Below are positions 63,893-64,000 of a stretch of DNA of 64,000 nucleotides, in pieces. How positions within the stretch are numbered: the stretch's first letter is position 1; each line of letters starts with the position of its first letter. Location of the stretch: assembly GCF_006345805.1 (NCBI RefSeq), contig NC_043014.1:6758001-6822000 (forward strand), in the 5' to 3' direction. The position numbers and the translations under genes were made by a program. The notes beneath the pieces were generated by a model, which was not told where the DNA came from, searched no databases, and saw only the letters and a list, made by a program, of their open reading frames with translations. This DNA is from Octopus sinensis (taxonomy: Eukaryota).

Positions 63893-64000
63893 CTAAATTA
63901 CAAGTATTTGCATGAACTTCCCTATAGTTTTGGGTAGCTTACATTTTTTTTAAAAATATAGCTGATAATTTGCAGTTGGTCTGTCAATATTAATCAATAC

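Overview
Eukaryotic, AT-rich DNA made almost entirely of transposon remnants and microsatellites. The repeat landscape looks like an octopus/cephalopod genome (inference from repeat families; not confirmed). There is a 100-N assembly gap at 53264-53363. No host protein gene can be named, and all long ORFs in the track are microsatellite read-throughs. Recognisable protein-coding remnants all come from transposons: Tx1/L1-clade, RTE and CR1 LINE 3' ends, two DD37D (maT) Tc1/mariner fragments, a hAT transposase and a Helitron PIF1 helicase. Non-coding repeats include several tRNA-derived SINE families, about ten non-autonomous Helitrons and TTAA-flanked MITEs. Host signals are limited to an NRF1 + RFX motif pair near 51.8 kb and a few candidate minus-strand exons. 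Three patterns stand out. (1) At least eight type I hammerhead-ribozyme-like motifs from several unrelated sequence families; some carry a CCGANGA core, and two sit in the loop of long foldback elements. (2) A SINE that forms head+[~184 bp]n arrays with a fixed breakpoint and shares its 3' tail with a Tx1 LINE in the window. (3) Modular exchange of SINE tails.
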